Part shown: piece by piece, positions 41,021 through 55,962 of the stretch | How the letters are laid out: each line of letters opens with the position of its first letter | Numbering within the stretch: position 1 is the first letter of the stretch | From: the human T2T-CHM13v2.0 reference genome, Homo sapiens | Length of the DNA: 64,000 nucleotides | Direction: 5' to 3' (one strand) | NCBI RefSeq assembly: GCF_009914755.1 | Contig: NC_060927.1 | Notes under the pieces: model-generated | Told to the model about the DNA's origin: nothing | The model's input: the letters and a program-made list of their open reading frames with translations, nothing else | The model's database searches: none | Made by a program: the position numbers and the translations under genes

Positions 41021-42719
41021 TAATCATCTCTTTTCCTTAAGTTACTTTCCAGAGTAACTTTAGTGGAAGCTGCAGGCAAGATTTATGTGTACTGTGGCCC
41101 TTCCTCTTTCTATCTTTTTTTTTCTTTTTAACATTCTAAGAGGTATCATACAGGTCATGATAAACTGAGTCTCTTCTAAATTTGCATATAGTGAAAAATA
41201 ACACGTCAAAATGCATTTGCTTAGAAGCTCAGGAATCCATTGTTCAGTTAAAACTTGTTGCCTTGTTATAATGTTATGACAAAATAGGCTTCCATACTGG
41301 CTTTTAACATATAATTGTTAATTATCATCACAAAAGTTTCAAAATTTCTTCAGTTTTAAAAAGATTTTCATAAGTAAAAATGCATACAGTACTTGTATAC
41401 TCACAGTGAGCTTATTTAATAATATGTTTGTAGAATGTAAAATAGCTTTCTGTTTTATGGTCAGATTTGATAGGCCTATCAAAATTGGTTTTTATAGATA
41501 TGATTGCTACTTTCATCAAAAAATGAACCATCAACTTTAAGAGAAATGAAAAAATCAATTTGGGTCATGGTAACTTCTAAGCCCTACTACCTAGTCCTAG
41601 AATTTGTTCTTAATAGACCAGACTGTCTGCAAAATACTTTGAAACAAAGAATGTGTACTTTGCCTCCTCCCTACCATGTTCTTGGCAACTAGGGAATATG
41701 GGACATTTTAAGTCTTTAAGATAAAATTAATCACACTGATTTAGAACAACTAAAATCTTGTCAGAGTAATTCCTACCTTCTCCCTTCCCCACCATGTTAC
41801 CTTTAGGAAGAGGAGACACACTTGAGGAAGCTCTTCAAGGCTGGTCTTCAGGGAAATAAAGACATTGAAATTCCACTCCAATTATTTTTTATTACCTGCC
41901 ACCTTGAATCCAGAATATATGTTACATTATGAAGTGTCGTATTCTTGACTCAAAACATCCTTCCAATTAAGATTTTCTTTTTTAAAAAAAATTAGGTTAA
42001 AGCAAAAATGCAGAAAAGAAGGGTAAATAAGATTAGTAAACCATCTGAAAATTACTGCATTTTGTAAACTTTGGTAAAATGTATGAAGAAGCATGTTTTC
42101 CAGTCTGCTTTCTCGGCCTGTGGATACCTGGGACATAATTCAGTTTGCCATCCCCTGTTCCCAGATCAGCTCAGTCTTTGTTCAGCTCCATCTTCAATCT
42201 GGCATATAATTACTTCTTCAGCTCCTGTGCTATTTGGTTTTAAGCACCTCTTACCCCCAAGGCCTCATGGCTCTAAGGGCTTGTTGAATTTAAACAAGCA
42301 CATTTAAATCTTTGTCTTTAAATGAGTAAAATAAAAGTCTTAACACCTAACACAGAGTACTCTTCTACACTCTAAATGTGCATGTTATAATTGCCTACCA
42401 GATCATAATGAGCATCTATCCATCCTCAAAATCAGAGAAAGGGGGGCTCATTCTAGAGGTAAATTTACAATAAATGGCTTTATTCTTGATTAGCTATGTG
42501 TGTTTGGGGACACAGAGACTGGCACCTGCATAATTTAAATACCTGATAGGAATCAGATGATCAGGACACCTTGGAAATAAAGGTGGAAAAACAATAGTGG
42601 AGGAAACACAATAGTGGAGGAAATACAGAAGAAAAAAAACAAGATTGTTAAAAGAAATTAATAAAATACAACTTAAGGAATTTTAAGCTTCACCTCTCAT
42701 TGGAAAAACACTGCAAACT

Positions 42720-42785
42720 CATACACACACTGATGCATGCACACATGCATGCACGCACACATGCATGCGCACACACACGTATGCA
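42720..42785. repeat. CA/TG/CG alternating purine-pyrimidine repeat
   Basis: Seen directly. Confidence 0.85.
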
Positions 42786-43853
42786 ATATAATTACAGAAA
42801 TGTTAAAACTGTCTGTCTTTCCTGAGAGTCAGGAGATGTGGATTCTGCCACTACTGCTGCTGGCAAATCATAAATACCATCCAGGGTTTTAGTTTAGCCT
42901 GAGTAAATGAGTAATCATTACATTTGTTCCACATACATACTTTACTCCAAACACTGGTAGATAAGTATTGAATGAGACCCTCATTCAAATACACGGTCAA
43001 AAATGCCACAAAAAGAAGTATTATAATTATAACTATTAATTATAAGTAAAGTTTTTTAATGAATGGATAAATTAGTAAAACAAATTTTAATAGATATAAA
43101 TGGAAAACAAAGCATGTGCAATCTCACTAGTGATGAAGGTAATAGAAATTTTAAAAGTGAGATACTAGTCTTTCACCTATCAGATCAGTTAAAGTCAATA
43201 AAAGAAAAATTCAGTGTTGGAAGAGGCACTGCAGTGGGAGTGTACATTAGTACCATTAAGCACTATGTATCAAGGGCCTGAATCATGATTATGTACTGTG
43301 CCAGTTTGGGTCCTCTTGTGCCAAGGTGAATTGGGTATGTGAGATAATTATTTGGGGTAGAATCTATACATGATAAAGGGGAAGAGGTGTAGGTAAGGAG
43401 AGCACTCAGACTATGATGCAATTCTGACATCTCTGAAAGGAGAAAGGCAAGGAAGCATTTGGTAGGAAGAGATCTGCATGCAGGAAAGTCCTGAGAAAGT
43501 CTCAGCCAGGGTTGGTTCCAAGTCTTTGTTATTGTGAATAGCGCTGCAATAAACGTATGTGTGCATGTGTCTTTATAGCAGAAGGATTTATAATCCTTTG
43601 GGTATATAGCCAGTAATGGGATTGCTGGGTCAAATGGTAGTTCTGGTTCTAGATCCTTGAGGAATCGCCACACTGTCTTCTACAATGGTTGAACTAATTT
43701 ACACTCCCACTAACAGTGTAAAAGCGTTCTTATTTCTCCACATCCTCTCCAGCATCTGTTGTTTTCTGACTTTTTAATGGTCGCCATTCTAACTGGCTTG
43801 AGATGGTTTCTCACTGTGGTTTTGGTTTGCATTTCTCTAATAACCAGTGATGA

Positions 43854-44199
<346 letters not shown>

Positions 44200-44294
44200 G
44201 TAAATGTCTTCCTTTGAGCAGTGTCTGTTCATATCCTTCAGCCACGTTTTGATAGGGTTGTTTGTTTTCTTCTTGTAAATTTGTTTAAGTTCCT

Positions 44295-44620
44295 GGCCGG
44301 GCACGGTGGCTCACGCCTGTAATCCCAGAACTTTGGGAGGCTGAGGCGGGTGGATCACAAGGTCAGGAGATCAAGACCAGCCTGGCTAACACGGTGAAGC
44401 CCCATGTCTACTAAAAACACAAAAAAATTGGCCGGCCGTGGTGGTGGGCGCCTGTAGTCTGGGACTACTTGGGAGGCTGAGGCAGGAGAATGGCGTGGAG
44501 GCAGGAGAATGGCGTGAACCCAGGAGGCGGAGCTTGCAGTGAGCCGAGAACGTGCCACTACACTCCAGCCTGGGCAACAGAGTGAGACTCCATCTCAAAA
44601 AAAATAAAAATAAAATAAAA
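44295..44620 (+). mobile_element. AluY
   Basis: Y diagnostics ggctaacacggtgaa, gaatggcgtgaacc, gagcttgcagtg; TSD TTTAAGTTCCT. Confidence 0.95.
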
Positions 44621-45649
44621 TATTTAAGTTCCTTATAGATTCTGGATATTAGCCCTTTGTCAGATGGATAGATGGCAAAAATTTTCTCCCATTCTGTAAG
44701 TCGCCTGTTCACTCTGATGATAATTTCTTTTGCTGTGCAGAAACTCTTTAGTTTAATTAGATCCCATTTGTCATTTTGGCTTTTGTTGCCATTGCTTTTG
44801 GTGTTTTAGTCATGAAGTCTTTGCCCATGCCTATGTCCTGAATGGTATCACCTAGGTTTTCTTCTAGGGTTTTTATGGTTTTAGGTCTTACGTCTAAGTC
44901 TTTAATGCCCATCAATGATAGACTGGATAAAGAAAATGTGCCACATATACACCATGGAATACTATGCAGCCATAAAAAGGATGAGTTCATCTCCTTTGCA
45001 GGGACATGGATGAAGCTGGAAACCATCATTCTCAGTGAACTAACACAGGAACAGAAAACCAAACACCGCATGTTCGCACTCATAAGTGGGAGCTGAACAA
45101 TGAGAACACATGGACACAGGGAGGGGAACATCACACATTGGGGCCTGTCGGGTGGTGGGGAAGTAGGGGAGGGATAGCATTAGGAGAAATACCTAATGTA
45201 GATGACAGGTTGATGGGTGCAGCAAACCACCATGGCACATGTATACCTATGTAACAAACCTGCAAATTCTGCACACATATCCCAGAACTTAAAAGTATAA
45301 TAAAAAAAAAATTCTAGAAAAAGAAGTTGCATCTGTACTGAACATGTACAGAGTTTTTTCCTTCTCATTATTCCTTAAACCATACAAAAAAGAAAGTCTC
45401 AGCCATGTTGGTAGGGAGTCCCTGAACCAGAGTTACCCATTAGAAGAATCTAGTATTGGGCAGAAATGTCCCCGTTCTGGTATTCCTGACATGTTCAGTC
45501 ACTCGGTGGAAGCAGCCCCAAAGAAGGATGGTTTCAGGGTGAATGTTGTGGTGGATCCACAGGTATAGCAGCTGGAGGCTGTCAATTATCTATGCTCTCT
45601 ACAAAAGCTCCTCTTGAAAACAGAGCTGAGAAAGACACTTGTATACATA

Positions 45650-46030
45650 TGATTTTATTCCCGTTCTAGGAATCTATCTCAAGGAAGCAATCTAAATACC
45701 AAAATAATAATGATAAAGAGCTTTATGAACAAAGATGCTCATCGCAGTCTTTTAAAAAATAATTGAAAGGATAGAAACAATTTAAATGTCCAAGCATAAG
45801 GATTGATTAAGCAGCTATAGTATGTCTACTTTACCAAAAATGCTGTGGCTATTACAATGGAAAACTTATATTTTAAGTAAAATTGAAAATAGAGATAAAA
45901 TATGGTATAACTTTTAAAATTAAAAGCTTTGAAAAGATACATATTTTAAGACTGGCAGAAAATAAACCAATATGGTAGTAATAGGAAGTTTTTTTGCATT
46001 TTTGAATTTTCCAAATTTTCTTTATTAAAA
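45650..46030 (+). mobile_element. Old L1ME-like 3' fragment (probable continuation of 43060-43275)
   Basis: ttctaggaatctatctcaagg, acaaagatgctcatcgcag, gaaacaatttaaatgtcc. Confidence 0.5.
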
Positions 46031-46197
46031 TTTATGACCTTTAGCTGAGGGAAGGAAGCATTCAAAATAAAAAGGCAAAAAAGCAAAATAGTTAAAATGA
46101 TTTAGAGTCGAAGTAAGCAGGGGAAATATGAAGCTATAGAAGAGAAAACAAAGAAGACAATAAAAATATCTGAAGAATACTGTCTTAATAATTCTGG

Positions 46198-46354
46198 GAC
46201 TAGGTGTGGTGGCTCACTCCTACAATACCAGCACTTTGGGAGGCCCAGCCAGGAGGATTACTCGATGAGCCCAGAGTTCAAGGCTGTAGTGAGTGATTAT
46301 TGTGCCGCTGCACTCCAGGCTGGGTGACACACCAAGACCCAGTCTCTAAAAACA
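46198..46354 (+). mobile_element. Monomeric Alu (FRAM/FAM-like)
   Basis: Single arm with ttcaaggctgtagtgag; TSD AATTCTGG at 46190-46197 and 46355-46362. Confidence 0.8.
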
Positions 46355-47669
46355 AATTCTGGAAAACAGCTTCATGGCTCCAACATAACATTGAACAAAG
46401 CCAAAGATGGGAAAGGAAAAGGGAATGTTTTTATTTTAATTGTAGCATTGGGTTTTTAAATGAAAACTGATGTTTCATATGCTCTTCTATGACTATTCAG
46501 TATAGGTGTTTCACCATCATTGTAAGGAGTATCTTCTGTGTATGTAAGTATGTGTTCACTAGTGCATTCATTTTTCAACATGTGATTAAACAGTTTGAGA
46601 GTCACCATATGCCAGGTACTGTGCAAGCAAATCAAAGGTCACAGTGTAAAATGAGAAAGGGTATGTTTTGGCCCTCTATTCTAGAATTGTTTATAGAAAG
46701 TGCATAATTTAAGCCCATATGTCCCATGTCCTAAAGATACCTGTCCATTAAATACAGTGCATTTCATTGCCTTTTCAGACTCTCTTCACTATGCACATAA
46801 GTGACAATGTAATTGCAATTTGATTAATTCATATAAACTAAGAAAGGAGGAATTATTCATTCATTTCTGATTTTTTTTTTTTGGAAAGTATCCCATTCCT
46901 ACTATAGTTTGCCAAACCCTCTCAGGGTAGACCTCTATTTACTTAAAAGAACTAGTTTCATAGATTGCTGTCATGCACCCTAATTAGACAAACGTGTTTT
47001 CCAGGTCTATTTGAAGGACATTCTGATATAATGCATACCTATCTTCTTAATCTTCTTATTCAGCTTATGCATATTTCTTTTCCTTTAAAATCCATCAATA
47101 AATGATCTGTGATCTGTAAGTAATTAATTTAATGATTACATGAATTAAAATAATGCACATTGCTTTAAAGGAGTTAGTATTTTCGGTTTATGTTACAATA
47201 TTGGCCTTGGGTAAATATCATCCATTGCCTGAATTTCATAATGGTTCAAGGATAAACCATTTCCTCTTTATAATTCAGTAAGTTTGTTCCAAAGGAGCCT
47301 ATTGCTCCTCTACTCAACAATGAAAGAAATGCATTCAGGGACCTTAGGTTGCCTATTCTTAATAAGATGGAATCCTTTCCCGGTTTGTTAAATTCACTGA
47401 ATTTATAACTCATTGTTACTGATGAAGGAATTAATCCAAGCCCGTTACCAGATTGATCTCCTAAAATCCACAGAGCGAATTTGGTGTCATTTTTAAAAAG
47501 AAATAAAATAACAAAAATAAAAATACAAAGGATGTCAGTAAGTTACAGACAGGAGGGCATACCTCATATTTATCACCTGGAAAACTAGAGAAAAGTTTCA
47601 TCAAAACTGTTTCATGCATCTGTGCAGGGCTAAAGTCATCTGCTAATCAGCACTAATAATGATGGGGAT

Positions 47670-47880
47670 AACAATAATAATCTGCTACCTTTACATAACA
47701 GTTTTTACCTTGGGAAAAGATTTTCACATACTACTCTTCATTTAGTTCTTATAATGACTTTGAGAAACTAACATAAATGTTTTACAAGTCCCATTTTGTG
47801 AAAGAGAAAATTAGAGTACAAAGAAGAGACTGACCCAACAATAACATTTAACTGGAGCTAGACTCCTACTTCAGGTTTTT
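47670..47880 (-). mobile_element. MIR SINE
   Basis: ttttcacatactactcttcatttagttcttataatgactttgaga...cccattttgtg. Confidence 0.5.
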
Positions 47881-50596
47881 AAAATGCTTTCAAATCAATA
47901 GAATTCATGATTTGCAATGTTTTCCTAAATTCTGTTAAAACACACTTAGGACCGTAAATTTTCACCAACCATAACAGACACCTGGTAAGCGGGCATGTAA
48001 TAAACAATTGAGATGTTAGAAAAAAAGATATGTCTCTGATGAGCAGGGCAAAAGTGAATGTAAGTCAAAAGATATCTAAAGACTCTATAGCTTCTGGAAT
48101 AATAAATTGGTAGTTTTCTTTATTTTTCATTTGTTGTTTCAGAAAGTGTTTAACTTTTGATACTACCACCAATGTAAAATATAATAGATTGTTAGTAACA
48201 ATAAATCAATCTCTACGTTGTCCAAATAGGTGTGTTTACCCAGGTCCACACTGTTCAAGTTTTATTAAAACTGTTTCGTTTTATCCAGGTTTCCAGTATT
48301 GCATCTCCTAAGACAAACACTGATATTTATCTGCTGATGCTTGTTTTACTAACCAAATATTACATTACACATGGTTTATCACATTACCCAGGGAGGTGAC
48401 AATATTTCAGGAAAAAAATTAACAAATCAAAATAACTTTGAAAACTGTTTATACCCCATGTACAAAAGTACTGTCTATGCCTAGTTATTCACTACTATCA
48501 CAAGATATACATAAATCAGAGTTTTTAAATAATACTGACTTCCCCTTATAAATTCCTTTACCCCTTGTGAAAGGAACCTAGCACCATTATGACACAGTTA
48601 AGCATTAGTCACAGTTTAATAAATAATTTCGTTATAGCCTCCTAGTCTATCAGTATTATTTGGATTCTCAGAATGCATGTAATCACGTAAATTACAAAAT
48701 TTCCTTTGTATCAGGGATAACCAACTGTCTTTTATAAATAATGTTATTTTTGGTGATTTTTCAATATCAGAACAGTATAGTTTTGGCTAGAGAAATTACT
48801 ATAAGCATTCAAATAAAGATTAATCAATTTATACAAGGCAAATAAACTTTTTGTACTCTTAAATACTTAAAGAATAATATATACATTCAAATATTTGTAA
48901 GAAATTCATATAGAGGGGAGTATAAAACACATATGGAAAAGGAGGTATGTCTGCAGAAGTTACTTTGTAAAGAAACATAGTGCTCAACTACCACCCTCCC
49001 TCAAATATCATGTCAATCAAATTAGCATCATAAGAAGAACTCCAGTTCTACTGTGATAGAGTAGCTTATATCAAATCACCCCCTCGTTGAGAAAAACTAT
49101 TAAAGATGAATAAAATGAAATTATTTTAAAAACTGTTTGAAGGCACCAGGCACCAACCAAAGTAATTTCAATTTAAAACTCAATAGTCTATAAAGGAAGT
49201 AAACACGTTAAAGTAAGCCCTATGTTGTTTATTACTTTTCAAATTCAAGGCATTTGCTGTTTCCTAAGTAGAACAGAATGCGAGACTGAGCACAAAGCTC
49301 CAGATTAGAACATTAAGAAGTCTTGTAAAGAGAGGAGGGCACAAATAACACTTTGGAGCTGTCAGCACAGCCAAGACATGAAGAATCAAGATCCTGGATA
49401 AACTGTAAATGCAATGAGGTGAGGCCTGTATTCTTTTTCCACTTTTAACCCCTAAAACATTTCCAGTTCCTCTTTCTTGGAGTGAGAAAATCAAAAGAGA
49501 AACAAGCAGAAAACAGCAACCTAAATACTAGGACATTAAAAAGAATATTCAGTAGTCTTATACCAACGAAGCAAAAACTGGAGTTTAGTGACTACTTGAA
49601 AAGCACTCCAAAATTTTATTTGAACCTCTAAATGACTATTTATAAAACTAAGGGAAAACCATAACTAGAGTAGCCATCACAAAGATGGAAACCCAACTTC
49701 AAATTGTCTTAATCCCTGATAAGATTAAGTAAATTACCTTTATTCTAATAATCTGTGAGGAGAAAATTAAATCCCCATGGAAAAATATAATACCATACAA
49801 AACACTCTAAATTTTTAATATGAAAAAATCATCAAGCATGCTAGGAAGTAGAATCAAAGAACCAAAACAAAGAGAAAAAATAATAGACAAAAACATAAAT
49901 TCAAAAATGATACAGATTAAAGAATTATCAGATATAGTCTTTTAAAAACAGTGATAAATATGGTTTCAGAGGTAAAGGAAAAGAGTGAGAATAATCAGAG
50001 AACTGGGATTTATATTAAAAACCCAAAGATTATTCTAGAACTAAAAATAAAACAAAATTAATAACTCAATCGCAGCCAGTTAGACACAACAGAAGATCCA
50101 AGTTGTGAACTTGAAAATAGGTTAATAGAAAATATCCAGAATAAAACAAAGAGAGAAATAAGGATGATAATAAAAGAAGAAGCATTAGAGATATATAGAA
50201 CATGGTTAAAAAATGTTTTAACATACAAATATCTCTAGTCCCAGAAGGAAAGGGTAAGGAGAATAGGCAGAAGCAAAATTCAAAGCAATAATGGCCAAGA
50301 ATTTTCCAAAATTGGCAAAAGCATCAAGCCACAAATTCAAGAATGTCTAAGAACCCCAAGCAGGATAAACACAAAGAAACCAACTACAAAAAAAAAAAAA
50401 AAGCCTGTTTGTAAAACTATTTAAAAATAAACAATAATCAAAAAGGCAATCTCAAAATAGCCAGAAAAATAAAAATGCATTACTTTGTAAGGATTAGTAA
50501 GTCTGATAACTGATTGCTCATGAAAAACAATTGAAGCCAGAGAACAAAGCCATGATATCTTTAAAATGCTTTTAAAAAGTAACTACCAACCTAAGA

Positions 50597-51624
50597 AACC
50601 CAAACAACAGCAAAAAACTAAATAACCTGATTAAAAAATGAGTAAAAGATCTGAACACACATTTCTCAGAAGAAGACATAAAAATGGTCAACAGATATAT
50701 GAAAAAATGCTCAACGTTACTAATCATTAAGGAAAAGCAAATTAGAACCACAATGAGATCACCTCACACCTGTTAGAAAGGCTACCTTCAAAAAGTTAAA
50801 AGACAGTAAGGGTTGGCAAGAATTTGGAGAAAATGAAACTCTCATACACTGTTGGTAGGAATGCAAATTGGGTACAGCCATTATGAAAAACAATATGAAG
50901 ATTCTTCAAAAACTACAAATATAACTACCATATGATCCAGTAATTTGACTTCAGGATATATATCCTGAGGAACTGACGTTAGTATGTTGAAGAGATATCT
51001 GCTCTCCCACATTCATCGTAGCATTATTCACGATAGCTAAGATACGGAAGCAACCTAAGTGGCATCAGCATAAAAACAGATAAAGAAAATGTGTTAAATA
51101 CACACAACAGAATAATATTCAGCCTTAGAAAATAAAGAAATCCTGTCATTTACAACAACATACGTGGACCTGGAAGATACTATGTTATGTGAAATAAGGC
51201 AGACACAGAAAGACAAATACTGCATGATCTCACTTAAGTGTGAAATCCAAAAAGGCCATAGATACAGGGAGTAAAATGGTGGTTACTAGAGGCTGAGTGT
51301 TGGATGGTGATGAAGAAAGGGGAGATGTTATTCAAAAAGCACAAAGTTTCAGCTAGACAAGAGGAATAAGTTTTAGAGATATACTGCACAGCATGATCAC
51401 TATAATTTATAAGAGTGTATTATATATTTTGAAACTGCTGAAAGTATACTTTAAATGTTCTTACCATAAAAACACGATAATTATTTGAGGTGATGGATGC
51501 TAATTAGCTTGATTTATTAATTCTACAATGTAAACATATACTGAACATCACACTGTATCTCATAAATATATATAATTGTCAATCAAAAGTAAAATAAAAA
51601 TAAAGCAAAACATATATATACACA
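50597..51624 (+). mobile_element. L1MA (L1MA6-8-like) 3' fragment nested in the older L1 ORF1
   Basis: Typical ORF2 end and 3' UTR; degenerate TSD AAAAAGTAACTACCAA / AAAAAGTAAATACCAA. Confidence 0.85.
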
Positions 51625-53194
51625 AAAAAGTAAATACCAATGTAGAATTCTCTAACCAATGAAAGTATTCTTTTAAAAAGTCAAACTAAGAATATTTTCA
51701 GAAAAACAAAACTGCGGAAATATTTCACCGAAAGATTCATACTATAAAGAATACTAATAGGTATCTTTCAAGTAAAAGGAAAAGCATCTCAGACAATGAT
51801 AGAGAAATGCAAAAAATAAAGTACACAGACAAGATTAGTATGCGTATAAGTATAGAAAAATAATAAAAATAATGTTTTAGGAATTAGAGCACTTGAAGAA
51901 TTATAATTCAGGACAATGATAAGACAAAAAATGAGAGAGGGACAAATATAATTATTCATTGAAAAGAGATAAAAGGTGTAAGTTACAGTAGAGCTCATTA
52001 GGGTAACCACTAAGAAAAATTAAAAATACGTAATTAGCAAGTTAAAAGAGGGGCAAATGAAATAACAAGGTTGATTAATAAAAAAAGTTAAGACAGAAGA
52101 AATGGGAAACATAAAATTGGTAGAAAAAATAGAAAAGTACAGTAAGATGATAGAATTAAATCAACAAATATTAGCAAGTGCAGTTAATGTAAATTTAAAA
52201 AGTTGCATTGAAATACAATGTCAGACTTTGAATTAAAAATCACCATTAATAATATGCTATTTGCAGGACACATACCTTAAAAGTAAGTATACAGAAAATG
52301 TGAAAGGAAAAGTGCTAAAAAAAATTTACCAAACACCAACGAAAAGAAGGCTAATATCACTATACATTATAATATCAGTCTAAGTAGAATGAAAAGAAAT
52401 AGTACAAGAAGAGCATTAAATAATACTAGTTAATCTACTAGGAAGATATCACAGTTCCAAATTTGTACAAACCAATAACATAAGCTTAAAATGTACAAAT
52501 TGACCAAACTAAAAGGTGAAATAAACAAATACACAATCAAGTTAGAAAATTTTGACATATTTCTCTCAGTAAATGATAGAACTTGGTAAAAAGTTGGTAG
52601 ATAAATAAAAGTTTTGAACACCAAGATTTAGCAAATTTGATCTAATTTATATGTACAGAATCCTGCACCCAATAGCAACAAAGTACACATATTTGCAGGT
52701 GCACATAGAGCATGCACCAAAAGTATCCTTAAACTGAGTCATATAGCAAGCCTCAATAAATTTTCAAAGTATTTATATCATATAGAATATCTTCTCTGAC
52801 CGTAATTGAATTAAGCTCAAAATTAATAACAAATAAGTATTATAAAATACATCAAATACTTTCAAATAAAGCAATAGATAAACTTGATAAAAGTCAAAAA
52901 TCGGGGTCTTTTGGTAAAGAAAGACAAATATAAGCAGTAGTCTTCTAGAAACACAAATTTCAAAGATGAAAAAGGACAAATAACCTTAACAGGAATGAAA
53001 AAATGGAGTATTGTTACAGATGCTACAGACATAGTACAAAGATAATAAGATCTGGTGAACAAGTTTACATCAATAAACTTGAAAAAATTGATGAAACATA
53101 TAAATCCCCTGAAAAACACATATTACCAAAATGGACACAAGAAGAAATGGAAATCCTTCATAGTACTACGTCTTTTAAAAGACATGAATATTTG

Positions 53195-54298
53195 ATTTGG
53201 AAAACTCTTCTGGACACTGGTCTAGAGAAAGAATTCATTAATAAGACACCAAAAGCACAAGAAACCAAAACAAAAACAGACAAATGGTACTTAATTAAAC
53301 TAAAAAGCTTCTGCCCAGAAATAGAAATAATCAAGAGTGATCAGATGACCTGCAGAATGGGAGAAAATATGTACAAACTATCAATCAGACAGAGGACTAA
53401 CATCTAGAACTTACAAGGAACTCAAACTAAATAACAACGACAAAACAAATAATCCTATCAAAACGTGGGCAAAAGACATGAATAGCCATTTTTCAAAAGA
53501 AGACATACAAATGGCCAAGAAACATATAAAAAAAAAAGCTCAACATCACTAATCAAAGAAATGTAAATTAAAATCACGATGAGAGATCATCTCAGACTAC
53601 TCAGAACAGCTATTACTTAAAAAGACCAAAAACAGCAGATCTTGGCAAGCAATTGCAGAAAAGGAAACGCTTATACACTGTTGGTGGGAATGTAAATTAC
53701 TACAATCACTATAGAAAACAATATGGAGATTTCTCAAAGAACCAAAAATAGATCTACTATTTAACCCAACAATCCCACCATTGGGTATATACCCCCAAAA
53801 AGAAATTATTATACCAAAAATATACTTACACTCATATGTTTATCACAGCTCTAGTCACAATAGCAAAGATATGGAGCCAACTTAAATGTCCATCAATGGA
53901 TGATTGGATTAAAAATGTGAAATATATATGTAATAGGATACTATCCAGCTATAAAAAAGAATGGAATCACATCTTTTGCAGCAATAAGAATGGAAGTGGA
54001 GGCCACTATTGTAAGTGAAATAACTCAGAAACAGAGACAAATGTCCTATGTTCTCACTTATAAGTGGGAGCTACCTAATGTGTACACATTGACATAGAGG
54101 GTGGAATGATAAACAATGGAGACTGGGAAGGGTGAGGAGGAAGGGGGTGGATATGAGAAATTATTTAATGGGTACTATGTGTGTTATTCAGGTTATGAAT
54201 ACACTGAAAGCTCTGAATTCACCACTATGCAATATATCTATGTAACAAAATTACAATTGTACACCATAATTTTACACAAATAAAAGATAAAATAAAAA
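53195..54298 (+). mobile_element. L1PB (L1PB4-like) 3' fragment
   Basis: ggaaaactcttctggacactggtctag start; 3' UTR gagaaattatttaatgggtac...caccactatgcaatatatctatgtaacaaaatt; A-tail. Confidence 0.85.
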
Positions 54299-55065
54299 AG
54301 TCTTTCCACAAAACTTTCTGACTCAAATAGTTTCACAGGTAAATTATTTCAAAAATTTAATGAAAAAAAAATAGCACCAATCATATACAACTCTTCCAAG
54401 GGTAGAAATAGAGGGAATACATCCGAACTCATTTTATGAGAATAATATAACTATGCAAAGAAAACCTGACAAGAACATTAAGAGAAGGTAAAATTACAAG
54501 CTAATCTCTCTTTTGAATGCAAATAGAAATATCTTAAAGAAAATATTAAGAAAATCAAATTCTCTATGAAAAGGATAATATAACATCAAGTAGGGTTTAT
54601 TCTAAGAATGCAAGGGTGGATTAACATTCAAAAATAAATTAATTAAATAACAAAAATCCTATGATCTCAATAGATCCAGAAATGTATGTGAATATTCCTT
54701 ATGATTTAAAAAAAAAACAAAACAGACAACACAGAAACACACATAAAACAACAACACCAACTCAGCAAACTCACGAATTGAAGAGAAATTCTCTAGTGGA
54801 TACAGGAAATTTACAATTTTCAAAAAAGCAAAAACCAAACCTAGAACAAATGTTATACTAGTGGTCCTAGCTAGTGCACACAAGTGGTCCTAGCTAGTGC
54901 AACAAGTCAAAAACACTTATAAATTAAAGTTATATGGAATGAAAAGGTAGAAATAAAACTGTAGTTATTCACAGAAAACATGACTGTGTTATAAAAAATT
55001 CAAAAGAACCCACAAAGTCTAATAGAATTAATAAGTAAATTTAGCAAGATTCCTGGCCAAGGTGA

Positions 55066-55136
55066 ATCTCTCTCTCTCCTCTCTCTTTCTGACTCTCTCT
55101 CTCTCTCTGTGTCATAGATAGATAGATAGATAGATA
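55066..55136. repeat. (CT)n-(GATA)n compound microsatellite
   Basis: Seen directly. Confidence 0.9.
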
Positions 55137-55962
55137 TGAATTGTTTTCTTATATAGTAACAATACACATTTAGAAAATAAAACTTAAAATGATACCAATT
55201 ACAAGAGCATTAAAAAATCTAATTGTAGAAATGAATCTAACAAAAAGTATGCAAGTCCACTGTGCAGAAAACTATAAAATATTACTGATTAAAGAAGAAT
55301 AAAATAAGTATGAATTATAATGCATTTATAGATTAGATATCAGTATTCCCAAAATACCATCTCAATCAAAATCCCAGCAAATTACATATTGTAGAGATTA
55401 ACAAGCAGATTCTAACATTTTTATGGAAATAAAAAGGAACAAGACTAACTAAAAGAATCTAAAAGATGAGCACAGCTAAAAGATTTACACTACCAGATAT
55501 TAAGATTTCTTCTAAATGTTCACTATTTAGTCATGCATCATTGATGCAAGGGTAAATAAATAGATTCCTGGAATAAGAGTCCAGAAATATGTCCATGAAT
55601 ATGTAGGCAGTACATTTATAATAAAGTTATTGCTAACATACTCAGGGAAAGTATTTTTGACAAATGGCACTTGATCAATTTTTTAAAAAGAAAAAATGAA
55701 TCCTGTCCATCCTTGCCCCCATCTCACACCTAACACAAAAAAATGAATTTCAGGTAAAATGCAGACCTACATTTTAATGGCAAACAATAAAGATTCTAGA
55801 AGATAACAAAGGAAATGTCTTTATGACATTAAGGTAGGCAAAAGCTTTTCCATTTTTTTGTTTTTGTTTTAAACAGGATAGAAAATACTAACACTAAAAG
55901 AAGAAATTGATCATTGAAGTGCATTAAAATAAAAAACTTTTGTAACCAAAAGACAACTATAA

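Noticed and set aside
41039-41060. 8-bp inverted repeat AAGTTACT-ttccag-AGTAACTT
   Set aside because: Short enough to be expected by chance in AT-rich DNA.
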